A stretch of 64,000 nt of DNA from an uncultured Planctomycetota bacterium (GTDB lineage: Bacteria; Planctomycetota; Planctomycetia; Isosphaerales; Isosphaeraceae), in assembly GCA_963823665.1 (NCBI GenBank), contig CAWGMQ010000008.1:1984001-2048000 (forward strand), given 5' to 3'. The notes under the pieces are model-generated. The model was given only the letters and a program-made list of their open reading frames with translations, did not search any database and was not told where the DNA came from. Positions within the stretch are counted from its first letter, which is position 1, and each line of letters starts with the position of its first letter. Of the stretch, positions 19,713 to 34,223 are shown piece after piece. The position numbers and the translations under genes were made by a program.

Positions 19713-20108
19713 ATGCCGAAACCGCAACTCACCCGCCGCCAGCGCTGGGCGCCCTACGTCCGGCAGCTCGGCGACATCCTACGTCTACGCGACTGGCGGC
19801 TCGAGGTCGCCGAGGACGCGCCGGCCGATCCGACCGCGATCGCGTCGTGCTGCCCCGTCGATGGCCGCAAGTATGGCGTCATACGTCTTGGCGAGTCATT
19901 CCTGACTGACGATCCGGCGGAACAGCGGCACACACTGGCTCACGAACTCATGCACTGTCACCTTGGCCCGATGTGCCGAATGATCGAAGCACATGACGGA
20001 ATGCCGCCGGCCGCCAAGCTGGCGATGGAATACTGCGTCGACGGCCTGGCCGACGCGATCGCGCCGCTTCTCCCGTTACCGCCGGCAAGCACCCGCTCCC
20101 AATACTGA
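19713..20108 (+). CDS. HEXXH zinc-metallopeptidase-like protein
   Basis: LRLRDWRL...RHTLAHELMHCHL...MEYCVDGLA. Confidence 0.65.
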   Translation: MPKPQLTRRQRWAPYVRQLGDILRLRDWRLEVAEDAPADPTAIASCCPVDGRKYGVIRLGESFLTDDPAEQRHTLAHELMHCHLGPMCRMIEAHDGMPPAAKLAMEYCVDGLADAIAPLLPLPPASTRSQY

Positions 20109-20120
20109 AAGGACCATCCA

Positions 20121-20465
20121 ATGGCCAACGTAGAACGCGGAGTCGTCAAGGGCTCCAACATGGAAGGCGCCGGCGGCGACCGGCGCGCTAACGGCTTCAT
20201 GCCGCTCGGCGGCGGCGCCGCGACCGTGCACCCCGCCAACCGCGGCGCCGGCGGCGACCGACGGGCCGGCTCGTTCCCGCTGACCGCGGGCGGCGCCGGC
20301 ATCACGCCGCCGAATCACCGGTTCGACGTCGGGATGGTCAAGATGCCGCAGCCCGAGTCGGCGATCGAGCCGGGCAAGGGAACCGTCCCCGTCAACCCGT
20401 TCCTGCCCGGCGGCGCCGCGGCGCGGGTCGCGGGGCAGGTTGCGGATGAGGGAAAGCCGCGTTGA
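20121..20465 (+). CDS. Gly/Pro-rich hypothetical protein with duplicated GAGGDRRA motif
   Basis: RBS AAGGA; repeat at 78-nt spacing. Confidence 0.55.
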   Translation: MANVERGVVKGSNMEGAGGDRRANGFMPLGGGAATVHPANRGAGGDRRAGSFPLTAGGAGITPPNHRFDVGMVKMPQPESAIEPGKGTVPVNPFLPGGAAARVAGQVADEGKPR

Positions 20466-20549
20466 TTTTAGATTTCGGATTTTAGATTTGCGATTGAAAG
20501 AAGACGATGACTTCCCTAATCCAAAATCCAAAATCGCAAATCCAAAATC
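20464..20549. repeat. Heptamer-repeat palindrome (GATTTTA/AATCCAA type, STRR/REP-like)
   Basis: gattttagatttcggattttagatttgcgatt ... aatccaaaatccaaaatcgcaaatccaaaatc directly after a stop codon. Confidence 0.8.
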
Positions 20550-21070
20550 CAGCAGCTCCGAACCCGGAACTGCTAAGGGCTCTCCGCCCCGAGGCCGACC
20601 GCGCCGCCGGCATCGTCGCCCGGCGACTGGCCGACGCGAAGACCCACGCCGCCGCCGGCAACCTGCCGACGGCGAACCGGCGGCTGGCCGAGCTGACCGA
20701 GTCGTTATCGCGGCACGTCGCCGATACCCGCGGCCATTTCTACCGGGCGGCGTTCGCGCAGCATCGGCGGAACGGGCTCGACCCGGCGATCCACCAGGTC
20801 GACCTGACGCCTGACCCGGAAGGGGAGGCCGTCGTTCGCAAGACGCCGGTCCTCGGCCGAAATTACGTCGCCGACTTCCTCGATATCGTCGCCGACGCCG
20901 AAGCGGGGCTCCAAGCGGCCGTCCTGGCCGGCGGCGGCGATTACCTCGAGGCCTGGGAGGCCGAGCACTCCGACCGGCTGACGGGACGGGCGACGGCGGA
21001 GCTATCGAACAGTCAAATTGCGATCTTTGAAGCGGTCGGGCAAATCTTGGTGAAGCCAGAGTTCCGATAA
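20507..21070 (+). CDS. Hypothetical phage protein
   Basis: 187-aa helical ORF with host-like codon usage; N-terminus overlaps the heptamer repeat. Confidence 0.55.
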   Translation: MTSLIQNPKSQIQNPAAPNPELLRALRPEADRAAGIVARRLADAKTHAAAGNLPTANRRLAELTESLSRHVADTRGHFYRAAFAQHRRNGLDPAIHQVDLTPDPEGEAVVRKTPVLGRNYVADFLDIVADAEAGLQAAVLAGGGDYLEAWEAEHSDRLTGRATAELSNSQIAIFEAVGQILVKPEFR

Positions 21071-21458
21071 GGTTATATCCTTTGTCAGTTATCAGCCGCA
21101 CCTTGCGGCTGGTTCAACCTCATTCGGAGTTACCAGATTGCAACGAAGATCAGATCGAAAACGTCGGTAGGTCGCCAGACGACCAAAGCCAGCCGCGGCG
21201 GCGCCAGCGCCACCGCCGCGAAGAAAAGGAGCATGGCAAGTGCGACTCGAACAGCGGCCCAGATGAACAAGGGCGCCGTCGGCGCCAGCCCGAAGTCGAA
21301 GCCGATCGCTCGACCGTCCTGCGGAACGAAGACCGGCGGCGGCAAGGCTCCGGGCGGCAAGCGGGGATGCTAAAGCGCGACTACTGACGCGCAACCTTCG
21401 GGTCACGTATGAGCCGGCCGGGTACGTTCCCGGCCGGCGCCTTTCGCGGGAGAATTTG

Positions 21459-21800
21459 ATGAAACGCCGCACGCTTTTCGGTCTGCCGCTCATCGGGCTT
21501 TTCGGCTTCTGGCCGCGGCGGTGGGGCGCCGACGAACCGCTCCCCGTACCGCCCGCCGCGCCGATCGAGCCGTACATGGCGTGGGCTCGGCTGCGGTCGA
21601 GGACCGGGCCGACGATGGATCGGCTCATCGACCTGGCGGAGAACGACCCGCACGCCCGCGGCGATTACGATCGTTTGCTCAGCATGGCACTTCAACAAGT
21701 CGGTGTGCCGCTCCTCGGCCACGAGTCGACCAATCTCGGCATCATCTACCACTGCGGCGAAATACCAGCCGCTCCATTCGGCCATAGGAAGGCGCTGAAT
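21459..21800 (+). CDS. Hypothetical protein with Tat-like N-terminus (3' end uncertain)
   Basis: MKRRTLFGLPLIGLFG; RBS GGAG. Confidence 0.35.
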
Positions 21801-21919
21801 ACGAAGGGCGTCGTCCGTCCCCGTCCCCGAATCGCTGCTCTCCTACTTCCGGCCCGAGAACCGCGGCGAAGACTTTCCGCGGGGCGTGCCATACAAACAC
21901 ATGCCGTGAGGCAATACCG

Positions 21920-22108
21920 ATGGCCGACAAACACTCCCACTGGATCGGACTCGCACACCTCGACAAAGGCGCCTTGCGCCGCGAGACGCACACCGCCGCC
22001 GGTAAGGACATCAGCGAGAAGCGGCTTCACGCCGCAGCGCACTCGAAGAACGGGACGATCCGCAAACAGGCCGAGCTGGCCGAGACGCTGAAGAACCTGC
22101 ACCGCTAA
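21920..22108 (+). CDS. Small basic phage protein
   Basis: WIG..LDKGALRRE...AAHSKNGTIRKQAELAETLKNLH, a pattern recognised from phage head regions; RBS GAGG. Confidence 0.6.
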   Translation: MADKHSHWIGLAHLDKGALRRETHTAAGKDISEKRLHAAAHSKNGTIRKQAELAETLKNLHR

Positions 22109-22202
22109 TTTTGGATTTTGGATTTCGGATTCTAGATTGGCGGAACCCAGTCGTTGCTAGTCGCGCTTGCAATCCAGAATCGCAAATCCAAAATCTAAAA
22201 TC
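22108..22202. repeat. Heptamer-repeat palindrome, copy 2
   Basis: attttggattttggatttcggattctagatt ... aatccagaatcgcaaatccaaaatctaaaatc after a TAA. Confidence 0.8.
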
Positions 22203-22525
22203 GACAAGTGGCCGAACGACAAATCATCTCCGGCGAAGAATGGGTCAGGATCGCACAGTCTCGGTCCAAAGCTCTCCGCTCCCGCCCGTTATACCGACAA
22301 ACGAGCCGACCGCCGCGGAATGCCGTCGTCCGCGAATAGAAATGGTCGGCGAAGTCGTCGCCGTCGGGCCACGTACAGCGCGCCATCACGCCCGAGGCCG
22401 ACAACGGGATCGTCTCCTCGACGCCGTTGCGCGGGCCGCCGTCAAGATAGACACGCAAACCGCCGGTTGCTCGTTTGCAATCGACGATCGCAAACCGCTT
22501 GAATTTGTGACCTGCCGGAGTCGTC

Positions 22526-23209
22526 ATGAGTAACCTCCCTGAGCTGACCTCTCCCGTCTATGCTACTGACGAGGACATCCTGGTCAACGCCAGTGGCGAC
22601 TTCGCGACGCTGGCTCCGACCTGGCAGTGCATGGCAAAAGGGACGGACGGCGTCTTCAATTCCGGCCAGCCGTGGATCCTCAACTCGGCCTCCGTCAACT
22701 TCGCGTTGCAGGGCGTCGCGCCCAATCAGGTTGTATGCCTGTCGGGTCCGAAATCGTCCTATCCCGGCGGCGGCGATTTCCTGGCGATCGATTCCGTTTC
22801 CACAAATACGATCACGCTGCGCCGGCCGTACAAAGACCTGAACATCGGCTCGCCGCCCGGTCCGTCGGCCGGCCTGACCGGCGTCACGTTCAACATCACG
22901 ACGTTCGACCCCCAGACGGCCGCTTCAACGTTCGACATCAAGCGGCGGTTCGGGATCGACGAGAATATCACCTTCCGCGACTCGAGCTGGATCTACGATA
23001 TCCAGGACCTGCGGATGGCCGTCGTGTTGTCGGTTCTCTATGACCGCTACACGGCCGAGCTCCGATCGGACCGCGGTGACTGGGTTCGCAAAATGGGCCA
23101 CATTCGCAGCAAGCGGGACGAGATCATCGACCGCGTCCAGGTCCGCTGGGGTCCGTACGGCAACTCGGCCGAGCCCTCGACCGTCTTCTCCTGCAAGATC
23201 AGCCGATGA
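22526..23209 (+). CDS. Putative head-tail adaptor protein
   Basis: YATDEDI N-terminus, helical C-terminus (DLRMAVVLSVLY); position after head genes. Confidence 0.5.
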   Translation: MSNLPELTSPVYATDEDILVNASGDFATLAPTWQCMAKGTDGVFNSGQPWILNSASVNFALQGVAPNQVVCLSGPKSSYPGGGDFLAIDSVSTNTITLRRPYKDLNIGSPPGPSAGLTGVTFNITTFDPQTAASTFDIKRRFGIDENITFRDSSWIYDIQDLRMAVVLSVLYDRYTAELRSDRGDWVRKMGHIRSKRDEIIDRVQVRWGPYGNSAEPSTVFSCKISR

Positions 23210-23310
23210 GCACGCTCACCGTAAAACCGAGCAAGATCCAGCAAAACCCTTCGGCCTATCAATCGCTATCGAGAACGCCTCGATATCGACGCTACGTGAG
23301 TCAATAGCCC

Positions 23311-23724
23311 ATGTCGATCAGCTATCAAGACGCCGTTCGTAATACGCGGCTGAACGCCGTCACAACGGCGCTCGGCACGACCGCGTACCTCGAGATTTTC
23401 ACCGGTGCGCCGGCCGGCAAAACCGCCGGGGTTTTCAACGCCGATCCGGGGACGAAGCTCGCATCGCTGGCGTGCTCGAACCCCGTCGCCGGCTCCGCAT
23501 CGGGCGGCGCCCTGACGTTCAGCTCGATCTCGCCGGCCGCGGCGCTCGCCAGCGGGACACCTGGGTCGTTCCGGTTCAAGACCGCGGCCGGCGGCGCACC
23601 GTCGACCGTCATCATCGAGGGCGACGCGGCCGTCGGTTCGGGCTCGCTCAACTTCGCGTCGACGATCTCCAGCGGCGGCACGGTCACGATCACGGCGGGG
23701 GCGATTACCGAGGGCAACGCATGA
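23311..23724 (+). CDS. Small beta-rich virion structural protein
   Basis: AVRNTRLNAV...LEIFTGA...ASGTPGSFR...GGTVTIT..ITEGNA pattern, recognised from phage fibre/spike-base proteins. Confidence 0.65.
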   Translation: MSISYQDAVRNTRLNAVTTALGTTAYLEIFTGAPAGKTAGVFNADPGTKLASLACSNPVAGSASGGALTFSSISPAAALASGTPGSFRFKTAAGGAPSTVIIEGDAAVGSGSLNFASTISSGGTVTITAGAITEGNA

Positions 23725-23984
23725 CGATCACCGAACCGAAGGCGACGGCGACGCTCCGCGGCGAGTGCACCGCCGGCCGCGGACCCGATCTATCGAAGTA
23801 CCCGCTGCTCGCCTTTGTGCCGGGTGAGGGCGTACGGATCGCCAGCAGTGGAACTGGCGCTGTGCGAGTCGCCATCGCCGCGCATCTCGAAATCTACTCG
23901 GCGGTCGCCGCGCGCTTCGGCATCACGGCCGAGGAGGCCGAGCAAGCCTACCGTTATTACACGACTGGTGGGAGCGGCGATTAA
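23721..23984 (+). CDS. Hypothetical protein
   Basis: ATGA overlap with upstream gene and TAATG overlap with downstream gene. Confidence 0.5.
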   Translation: MTITEPKATATLRGECTAGRGPDLSKYPLLAFVPGEGVRIASSGTGAVRVAIAAHLEIYSAVAARFGITAEEAEQAYRYYTTGGSGD

Positions 23985-24700
23985 TGCCTGGCGGCTCCCC
24001 CATAAACGGCGCCCTATCGGTGACCGAAAGCCGCGACATCTTCGCCGGCGCCGCGACGTGCGGCGCCAGCGGCAGCTTGTCGGGCACCGAGCGGCGCGAC
24101 GTCTTTCTGGGCGTCAATACTGGCGCTCTCTACCAGGTTTTCTCGAACACGGGGATCGGCGACGCTATCAATTACGGCGTCCCGATCGCGACGACCGCGG
24201 CGCTTTCCTGGACATCGTCACCGCTGGCCTATCCCGGAACCTGGCGGTTCGGCGTGCGAGCTTTTGACACCGGCGGGGAAGAAGAGAACCTCGACTGTGC
24301 GCTGACCCTGATCCTTTCCAGCTCGGGACTCGACGTCTCCCAGCAACCGGCGCCGCCGTTCGGCTTGCGGGCGTTCCCGACCGCGAACGGCGGGATCCGC
24401 GTCGAGTGGGCGTACAACACGATCAACCCGAAAGTCATCCCGACCGGCTTTCATGTCTACATCGGAACCGGCGGAACCCCCAGCTACGCCATCCCGGCGG
24501 CGACCGTTTCGTTCGCGACCGCGATCGCCGCAACGTTCGTCGCCAATCTGACCGGCCTGTCGAGCGGCACGACGTACACGATCGGCGTCCGGGCCTATAA
24601 CGCCGTCACGGAAGAACCGAACACGAACACTGTCAACTGCACCGCCGACTCGACCGGGCCGTCGGCCGTTGTCTCGCTTACCGCAATGGCCATCGTATAG
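23984..24700 (+). CDS. Fibronectin type III domain virion protein
   Basis: PAPPFGLRAF...IRVEW...GFHVY...LTGLSSGTTYTIGVRAYN. Confidence 0.75.
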   Translation: MPGGSPINGALSVTESRDIFAGAATCGASGSLSGTERRDVFLGVNTGALYQVFSNTGIGDAINYGVPIATTAALSWTSSPLAYPGTWRFGVRAFDTGGEEENLDCALTLILSSSGLDVSQQPAPPFGLRAFPTANGGIRVEWAYNTINPKVIPTGFHVYIGTGGTPSYAIPAATVSFATAIAATFVANLTGLSSGTTYTIGVRAYNAVTEEPNTNTVNCTADSTGPSAVVSLTAMAIV

Positions 24701-24711
24701 AGGGATACCCC

Positions 24712-27700
24712 ATGTCGCTAAGTAAACTGAGCGGCTCACAGCAGCTCGTGACGGGCCTGACGGCCGTGGGCTCGAGCCAGACGACCGCACTCCAGCTCGC
24801 CGGCCGAAACTCCCTGCAAGAGATCACGACCGTCGGCTCGAGCACCGGCGTCATGCTGCCGGCTCTGACGGAACTGCCCGCGCAGGTCACGATCTGCAAT
24901 CAGGGAAGCAACGCGCTTTCGGTCTACCCGGAAGTCGGCGGGACGATCGATAACGGGATCACCAACGCGGCGGCGATGCTCGGCGCCGGCAAGGCGGCGA
25001 CGTTCGAGGCTTCGAACCTGACCAATTGGTATACGGTTGCGACGACCAACGCCGGGGGCGGCACGGTGAACTCCGTCGCCGCCGGGACCGGCCTGGCCGG
25101 CGGGACGATCACGACGACTGGAACGCTTTCCCTGGCGGCGATCGCCGACAAGTCGGTCCTGGGCAACACTAGCGGCGGGACCGCGGCGCCCGCGGGCGTG
25201 ACGCTTTCCGCGATGATTGATGAAGCAATCGGCAACACGCGGGGCGATATCCTCTATCGAGGCGCGTCGACTTGGTCGGTACTGGCGCCTGGTAGCTCGG
25301 GCAACGTCTTGACGTCGGGCGGCGCCTCGGGCAATCCATCATGGTCGAGTGCTGCCAGCGGCACCGTGACCTCGGTCACGTTCACGGGCGACGGGATCGT
25401 CCTTAGCGCAACCCCCAGCTCGGCCGTCACCACCAGCGGGACCCTGACGGCGGCGCTGGCGGCCCAGTCGGCCAACGTTATCTTGGCCGGGCCCACCACC
25501 GGCTCGGCCCACGTCCCGACGTTCCGGGCTTTGACGGGAGCCGACCTGCCGAACCCCGGCGCCAGCAGCCTTGGCGGCGTCGAGTCGTACGCGGCTGTTT
25601 CCCATCAGTGGATCAATGCGATTTCGACGAGCGGCGTCCCCAGCTCGACGCAGCCGGCCTTCACCGATATCTCAGGGCAAGCCACCCTTGCGCAGCTCCC
25701 CTCGATCGGCACGCTAACGATCCTGGCCAACACGACCGGCGGATCGGCGGTCCCCGCCGCCGACACACTGACGTCGATCATCGATTCTTGCATCGGCTCG
25801 ACTCAGGGCAATATTCTTTATCGCGGAGCGTCGAGCTGGTCGGTACTGGCGCCCGGCACGTCGGGCCAGGTTCTTCAGACCGGCGGCGCCTCGGCCAACC
25901 CATCGTGGACCAATGCCACCGGCGGCGGGACCGTGACCTCGGTCACGTTCACTGGCGATGGGACCGTCCTTAGCGCAACCCCCAGCTCGGCCGTCACCAC
26001 CACCGGGACCCTGACGGCGGCGCTGGCGGCCCAGTCGGCCAACGTCATCTTGGCCGGGCCCGCCACCGGCTCGGCCCACGTCCCGACGTTCCGGGCTCTG
26101 ACGGGAGCCGATCTGCCGAACCCCGGCGCCAGCAGCCTTGGCGGCGTCGAATCGTACGCGGCTGTTTCCCATCAGTGGATCAATGCGATTTCGACGAGCG
26201 GCGTCCCCAGCTCGACCCAGCCGGCCTTCACCGATATCTCGGGGCAAGCCACCCTTGCGCAGCTCCCCTCGATCGGCACGCTAACGATCCTGGCCAACAC
26301 GACCGGCGGATCGGCGGTCCCCGCCGCCGACACACTGACGTCGATCATCGATTCTTGCATCGGCTCGACTCAGGGCAATATTCTTTATCGCGGAGCGTCG
26401 AGCTGGTCGGTACTGGCGCCCGGCACGTCGGGCCAGGTTCTTCAGACCGGCGGCGCCTCGGCCAACCCATCGTGGACCAATGCCACCGGCGGCGGGACCG
26501 TGACCTCGGTCACGTTCACTGGCGACGGCACTGTCCTGTCGTCAACCCCCAGCTCGGCCGTGGCCACCAGCGGAACCCTGACGGCGGCGCTGGCAACCCA
26601 GTCGGCCAACGTCATCCTGGCCGGCCCCGCTTCCGGCTCGGCCCAGGTCCCGACGTTCCGGGCTCTGACGGGAGCTGACCTGCCGAATCCAGGTGCCAGC
26701 AGCTTGGGCGGCGTCGAGAGCTATGCGGCCGTCAGCCACCAGTGGATCAACGCAATTTCGACGAGCGGCGTCCCCAGCTCGACTCAGCCGGCCTTCACCG
26801 ATATCTCGGGGCAAGCCACTCTTGCGCAGCTTCCTTCGATCGGCACTCTGACGGTCCTGGCCAACACGACCGGCGGATCGGCGGTTCCCGCTGCCGATAC
26901 GCTGACGGCGATCATCGACTCGTGCATCGGCTCGACCCAAGGTGACGTCCTCTATCGCGGCGCCTCGGCCTGGTCGGTCCTGGCGCCGGGTACCTCGGGG
27001 CAATTCCTTCAAACCGGAGGCGCCTCGGCCAATCCATCGTGGGCCAATGCCGCGGCCGGCGGGACCGTCACATCGGTCACGTTCACGGGCGATGGCACGG
27101 TCCTGTCGTCGACGCCCAGCTCGGCCGTCACGACGACCGGAACGGTCGCGGCATCGCTTGTGAACCAATCGGCGAACGTCGTACTCGCCGGCCCGGCGAG
27201 CGGATCGGCTGCGGCCCCGACGTTTCGGGCTCTGGGCGCCGCCGACGTGATCGCGGCCAACAATTCGTTCTACTTCGGTTCGGGCCAGGACTCGGCGGCC
27301 ACGATCAGCAGCGGCACGACGACGTTGACTCGTGATATGTACTACACGAACCTGACACTGTCGGGCACCGGTGTGCTCAAACCGGCCGGGTTCCGTGTGT
27401 TCGTGAGCGGCACCCTCGATATTTCCGGTGCTCAAGCGGGCGCGATCGTATTCAACGGCGGCGCGGGCAGCAACGCCACGTCGGCGACCGGCGCCGCTGC
27501 TGGCGCGACTTCGTATGGATCTAACACCACCCTCCAAACCGCGGCCGGCGGGACAAATTCCGGCGGCAGCGGCAGTACAACAAACGGTGGTGGCGGCGGC
27601 AACCCTAACGTGGGGCTGTTGTGGAACGTTCAGTTCTCCGCGCAGGCCGGCGCTGGCGGCGCTGGGACCGGAGGTACGGGCGGCGCTACCGGCTCGGGAA

Positions 27701-28278
27701 CGGGGCCGAATCAAGCTTCCTATCCCTATCGTTACGTGACCGACTTCAAGTCCCCCGTGGCGGTAAACAACGGACAATCAGGCGCCGGCGGCGGTGCGGG
27801 CGGCGGCGATAGCACGAACCCGGGTGGGGGGGGCGGGGGCGGCGGCGGCGCCGGTGGACCCCTCTGGATTGCCGCCGCTACGATCGCCCGCGGCACCAAT
27901 TCAACGGTCGGGATCATCCAGTCAAAAGGCGGCGTCGGCGGCAACGGTTATACGCCGACGGCGGGCAACTGCGGTGGCGGCGGTGGCGGGGCGGGCGGCC
28001 AGGGCGGGCCGGTCGTCATCTATTACGGAGCCGTAACCGGATCGACGATCACGGACGCGATCGACGTCACGGGCGGCGCCGGGGGCACCGGTGGCTCGCT
28101 GGTCGGCTCAGGTAGCGCCAACGGCAACGGCGGCGGCGGCGGACCGGGCGGTTACGTGCTCGTTACGAACCTGGCGACCAACACGCTAACCCAGACCAAT
28201 GGACCGGCCCGCACTAATGCGGCATCGGGCGGCACGACCACGGGCTCGAGTGCCACCACGTCCCAGGCCAATCTGTGA
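24712..28278 (+). CDS. Large fibre protein with 189-aa tandem repeats and Gly-rich C-terminal domain
   Basis: GTVTSVTFTGDG starts at 25360, 25927, 26494 and 27061; GDILYRGASTWSVLAPG..GQVL fibre motifs; poly-Gly C-terminus. Confidence 0.8.
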   Translation: MSLSKLSGSQQLVTGLTAVGSSQTTALQLAGRNSLQEITTVGSSTGVMLPALTELPAQVTICNQGSNALSVYPEVGGTIDNGITNAAAMLGAGKAATFEASNLTNWYTVATTNAGGGTVNSVAAGTGLAGGTITTTGTLSLAAIADKSVLGNTSGGTAAPAGVTLSAMIDEAIGNTRGDILYRGASTWSVLAPGSSGNVLTSGGASGNPSWSSAASGTVTSVTFTGDGIVLSATPSSAVTTSGTLTAALAAQSANVILAGPTTGSAHVPTFRALTGADLPNPGASSLGGVESYAAVSHQWINAISTSGVPSSTQPAFTDISGQATLAQLPSIGTLTILANTTGGSAVPAADTLTSIIDSCIGSTQGNILYRGASSWSVLAPGTSGQVLQTGGASANPSWTNATGGGTVTSVTFTGDGTVLSATPSSAVTTTGTLTAALAAQSANVILAGPATGSAHVPTFRALTGADLPNPGASSLGGVESYAAVSHQWINAISTSGVPSSTQPAFTDISGQATLAQLPSIGTLTILANTTGGSAVPAADTLTSIIDSCIGSTQGNILYRGASSWSVLAPGTSGQVLQTGGASANPSWTNATGGGTVTSVTFTGDGTVLSSTPSSAVATSGTLTAALATQSANVILAGPASGSAQVPTFRALTGADLPNPGASSLGGVESYAAVSHQWINAISTSGVPSSTQPAFTDISGQATLAQLPSIGTLTVLANTTGGSAVPAADTLTAIIDSCIGSTQGDVLYRGASAWSVLAPGTSGQFLQTGGASANPSWANAAAGGTVTSVTFTGDGTVLSSTPSSAVTTTGTVAASLVNQSANVVLAGPASGSAAAPTFRALGAADVIAANNSFYFGSGQDSAATISSGTTTLTRDMYYTNLTLSGTGVLKPAGFRVFVSGTLDISGAQAGAIVFNGGAGSNATSATGAAAGATSYGSNTTLQTAAGGTNSGGSGSTTNGGGGGNPNVGLLWNVQFSAQAGAGGAGTGGTGGATGSGTGPNQASYPYRYVTDFKSPVAVNNGQSGAGGGAGGGDSTNPGGGGGGGGGAGGPLWIAAATIARGTNSTVGIIQSKGGVGGNGYTPTAGNCGGGGGGAGGQGGPVVIYYGAVTGSTITDAIDVTGGAGGTGGSLVGSGSANGNGGGGGPGGYVLVTNLATNTLTQTNGPARTNAASGGTTTGSSATTSQANL
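25130..27240 (+). repeat. 567-bp tandem repeat, ~3.7 copies
   Basis: Identical translated blocks recur at an exact 567-bp period. Confidence 0.92.
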
Positions 28279-28328
28279 GCAATCACTTCCCCCGCCAAAC
28301 TCCGCGCTTTTGAGCAGGCACTTCGTCA

Positions 28329-32855
<4,527 letters not shown>

Positions 32856-32859
<4 letters not shown>

Positions 32860-33308
32860 GCCGCGACCGCGACGTTCGTAACGCGATCCAGACGGTGCTT
32901 CAGGCGACCGACGCTTTCGACGGCGTCTTCGTCTGGGGCATGCCCGAAGACTACGGTAGCGGCGCGTCGAAGGAAGCCTTCGCCGCTGTCGTCCCGATGT
33001 CGAGCCGCCAGGAGGACCTGTGGGACGCGGCCCCGGCCGGCGGACTCGTCATCACCAGCCGAGTCGCGATCATCCTTGCCTACCGCCACATCGACCCGCA
33101 ACTGCGCGATGAGGCGGCCGAGCTGCTCCTCGACACGACGGCCAACGCACTGAACGGCCAGAGCCTGGCCGGCCTGACGCTACCGCAGACGGCCCGCGTG
33201 ATCCAGTGGGATTGGCAGCCGCCGACCGTGCCGGAGCGGCGGATCAATTGCGTTTTCAGCTACCAGTACATCGTCGAGGGATGGGACGACTACGACACGA
33301 CCCCCTGA
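32856..33308 (+). CDS. Putative tail terminator/completion protein
   Basis: 150 aa, RDVRNAIQTVL start, acidic, directly before the tube gene; ATGA overlap. Confidence 0.55.
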
Positions 33309-33323
33309 CCGGAGACCCGCACC

Positions 33324-33743
33324 ATGAGCGCCACAAAAGCAAATATCAACTGGACCAGCGTCAGCTTTAACAGCGTCACGCTAACCCGTGTCACCAACGC
33401 CAGCTTCGGCCAGGGCGGCCAGTTGATCAAGTTCAAGGGTGATACCGATCAATATCCGACCGTCATCGCCAACGTCGATAACGAGCCCCACGCCTCGATC
33501 ACGACGGCCGACGTCGGGACTGTGCTGGCGAACTTCACGCCCGGCACAACCTCGACGCTCGTCGCGACGCTGAACGACGCTAAAGGCCAGTCAGGCGGCG
33601 CCGTCGTGTTCACGCTCTCGAACGCGATGTTCGAGAACGCCGACGCACAGGCGCAGCACGCTCAGTTCGGCTCCGTGACCGGCACCTGGCAGGCGTTCAG
33701 TACCGACGGCTCGACCGCGCCGCTGGCGATTACGAGGGTTTGA
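33324..33743 (+). CDS. Putative major tail tube protein
   Basis: 139 aa beta-rich; position between terminator and chaperone; RBS GGAG. Confidence 0.6.
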   Translation: MSATKANINWTSVSFNSVTLTRVTNASFGQGGQLIKFKGDTDQYPTVIANVDNEPHASITTADVGTVLANFTPGTTSTLVATLNDAKGQSGGAVVFTLSNAMFENADAQAQHAQFGSVTGTWQAFSTDGSTAPLAITRV

Positions 33744-33744
33744 C

Positions 33745-34050
33745 GTGCCGCGTCCCGACGCATTGTTCTTGCCCGAGTCGGTAAAGGCCGGCGCCCGGAT
33801 CTTCGACCGCGTCGGCGCCGTCTGCCGGGTCGCCGAGCCGCTGCTCGAGGTCGATTACGCCGCCGGCGAGCGGGCGTTCATTCGGACGCAACCGCACGGC
33901 CGGCTATTCATCACCCGCGACCCGGCCGACACGATCCTGTTTCCGACCGATCATCCCCGGAGCGGCTCGCCGCGGTATCGGTGGGAGAAGCGGGACGGCG
34001 GGGTTGAGGTTGGCTTTTTACTCGAGGAAAAACCATGTCCGCAGACCTAA
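33745..34050 (+). CDS. Hypothetical protein
   Basis: Tightly packed GTG-start ORF in the tail operon. Confidence 0.5.
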   Translation: MPRPDALFLPESVKAGARIFDRVGAVCRVAEPLLEVDYAAGERAFIRTQPHGRLFITRDPADTILFPTDHPRSGSPRYRWEKRDGGVEVGFLLEEKPCPQT

Positions 34051-34223
34051 TCATCCCGATCCATATACACAAGGACGAAGCCTCAATCCGCGTGCCGATA
34101 TCGATCGGACAGACGGCCGATCTGTCGCGCGACTGCTCGCGTCGCTACGACATCAAGATCCCGTTTAGCGAGTTCGTATCGCGTTGTAAGGGTTCAAATG
34201 ATCGACGAAAAGACGAAGCGTAA
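34035..34223 (+). CDS. Hypothetical protein
   Basis: RBS GAGG; N-terminus ADLIIPIHI resembles the tape-measure start PDLIIPVRM. Confidence 0.35.
   Translation: MSADLIIPIHIHKDEASIRVPISIGQTADLSRDCSRRYDIKIPFSEFVSRCKGSNDRRKDEA

Noticed and set aside
25130..27240. Diversity-generating retroelement TR/VR pair
   Set aside because: Tandem in-frame repeats, differences not adenine-specific, no reverse transcriptase in the window
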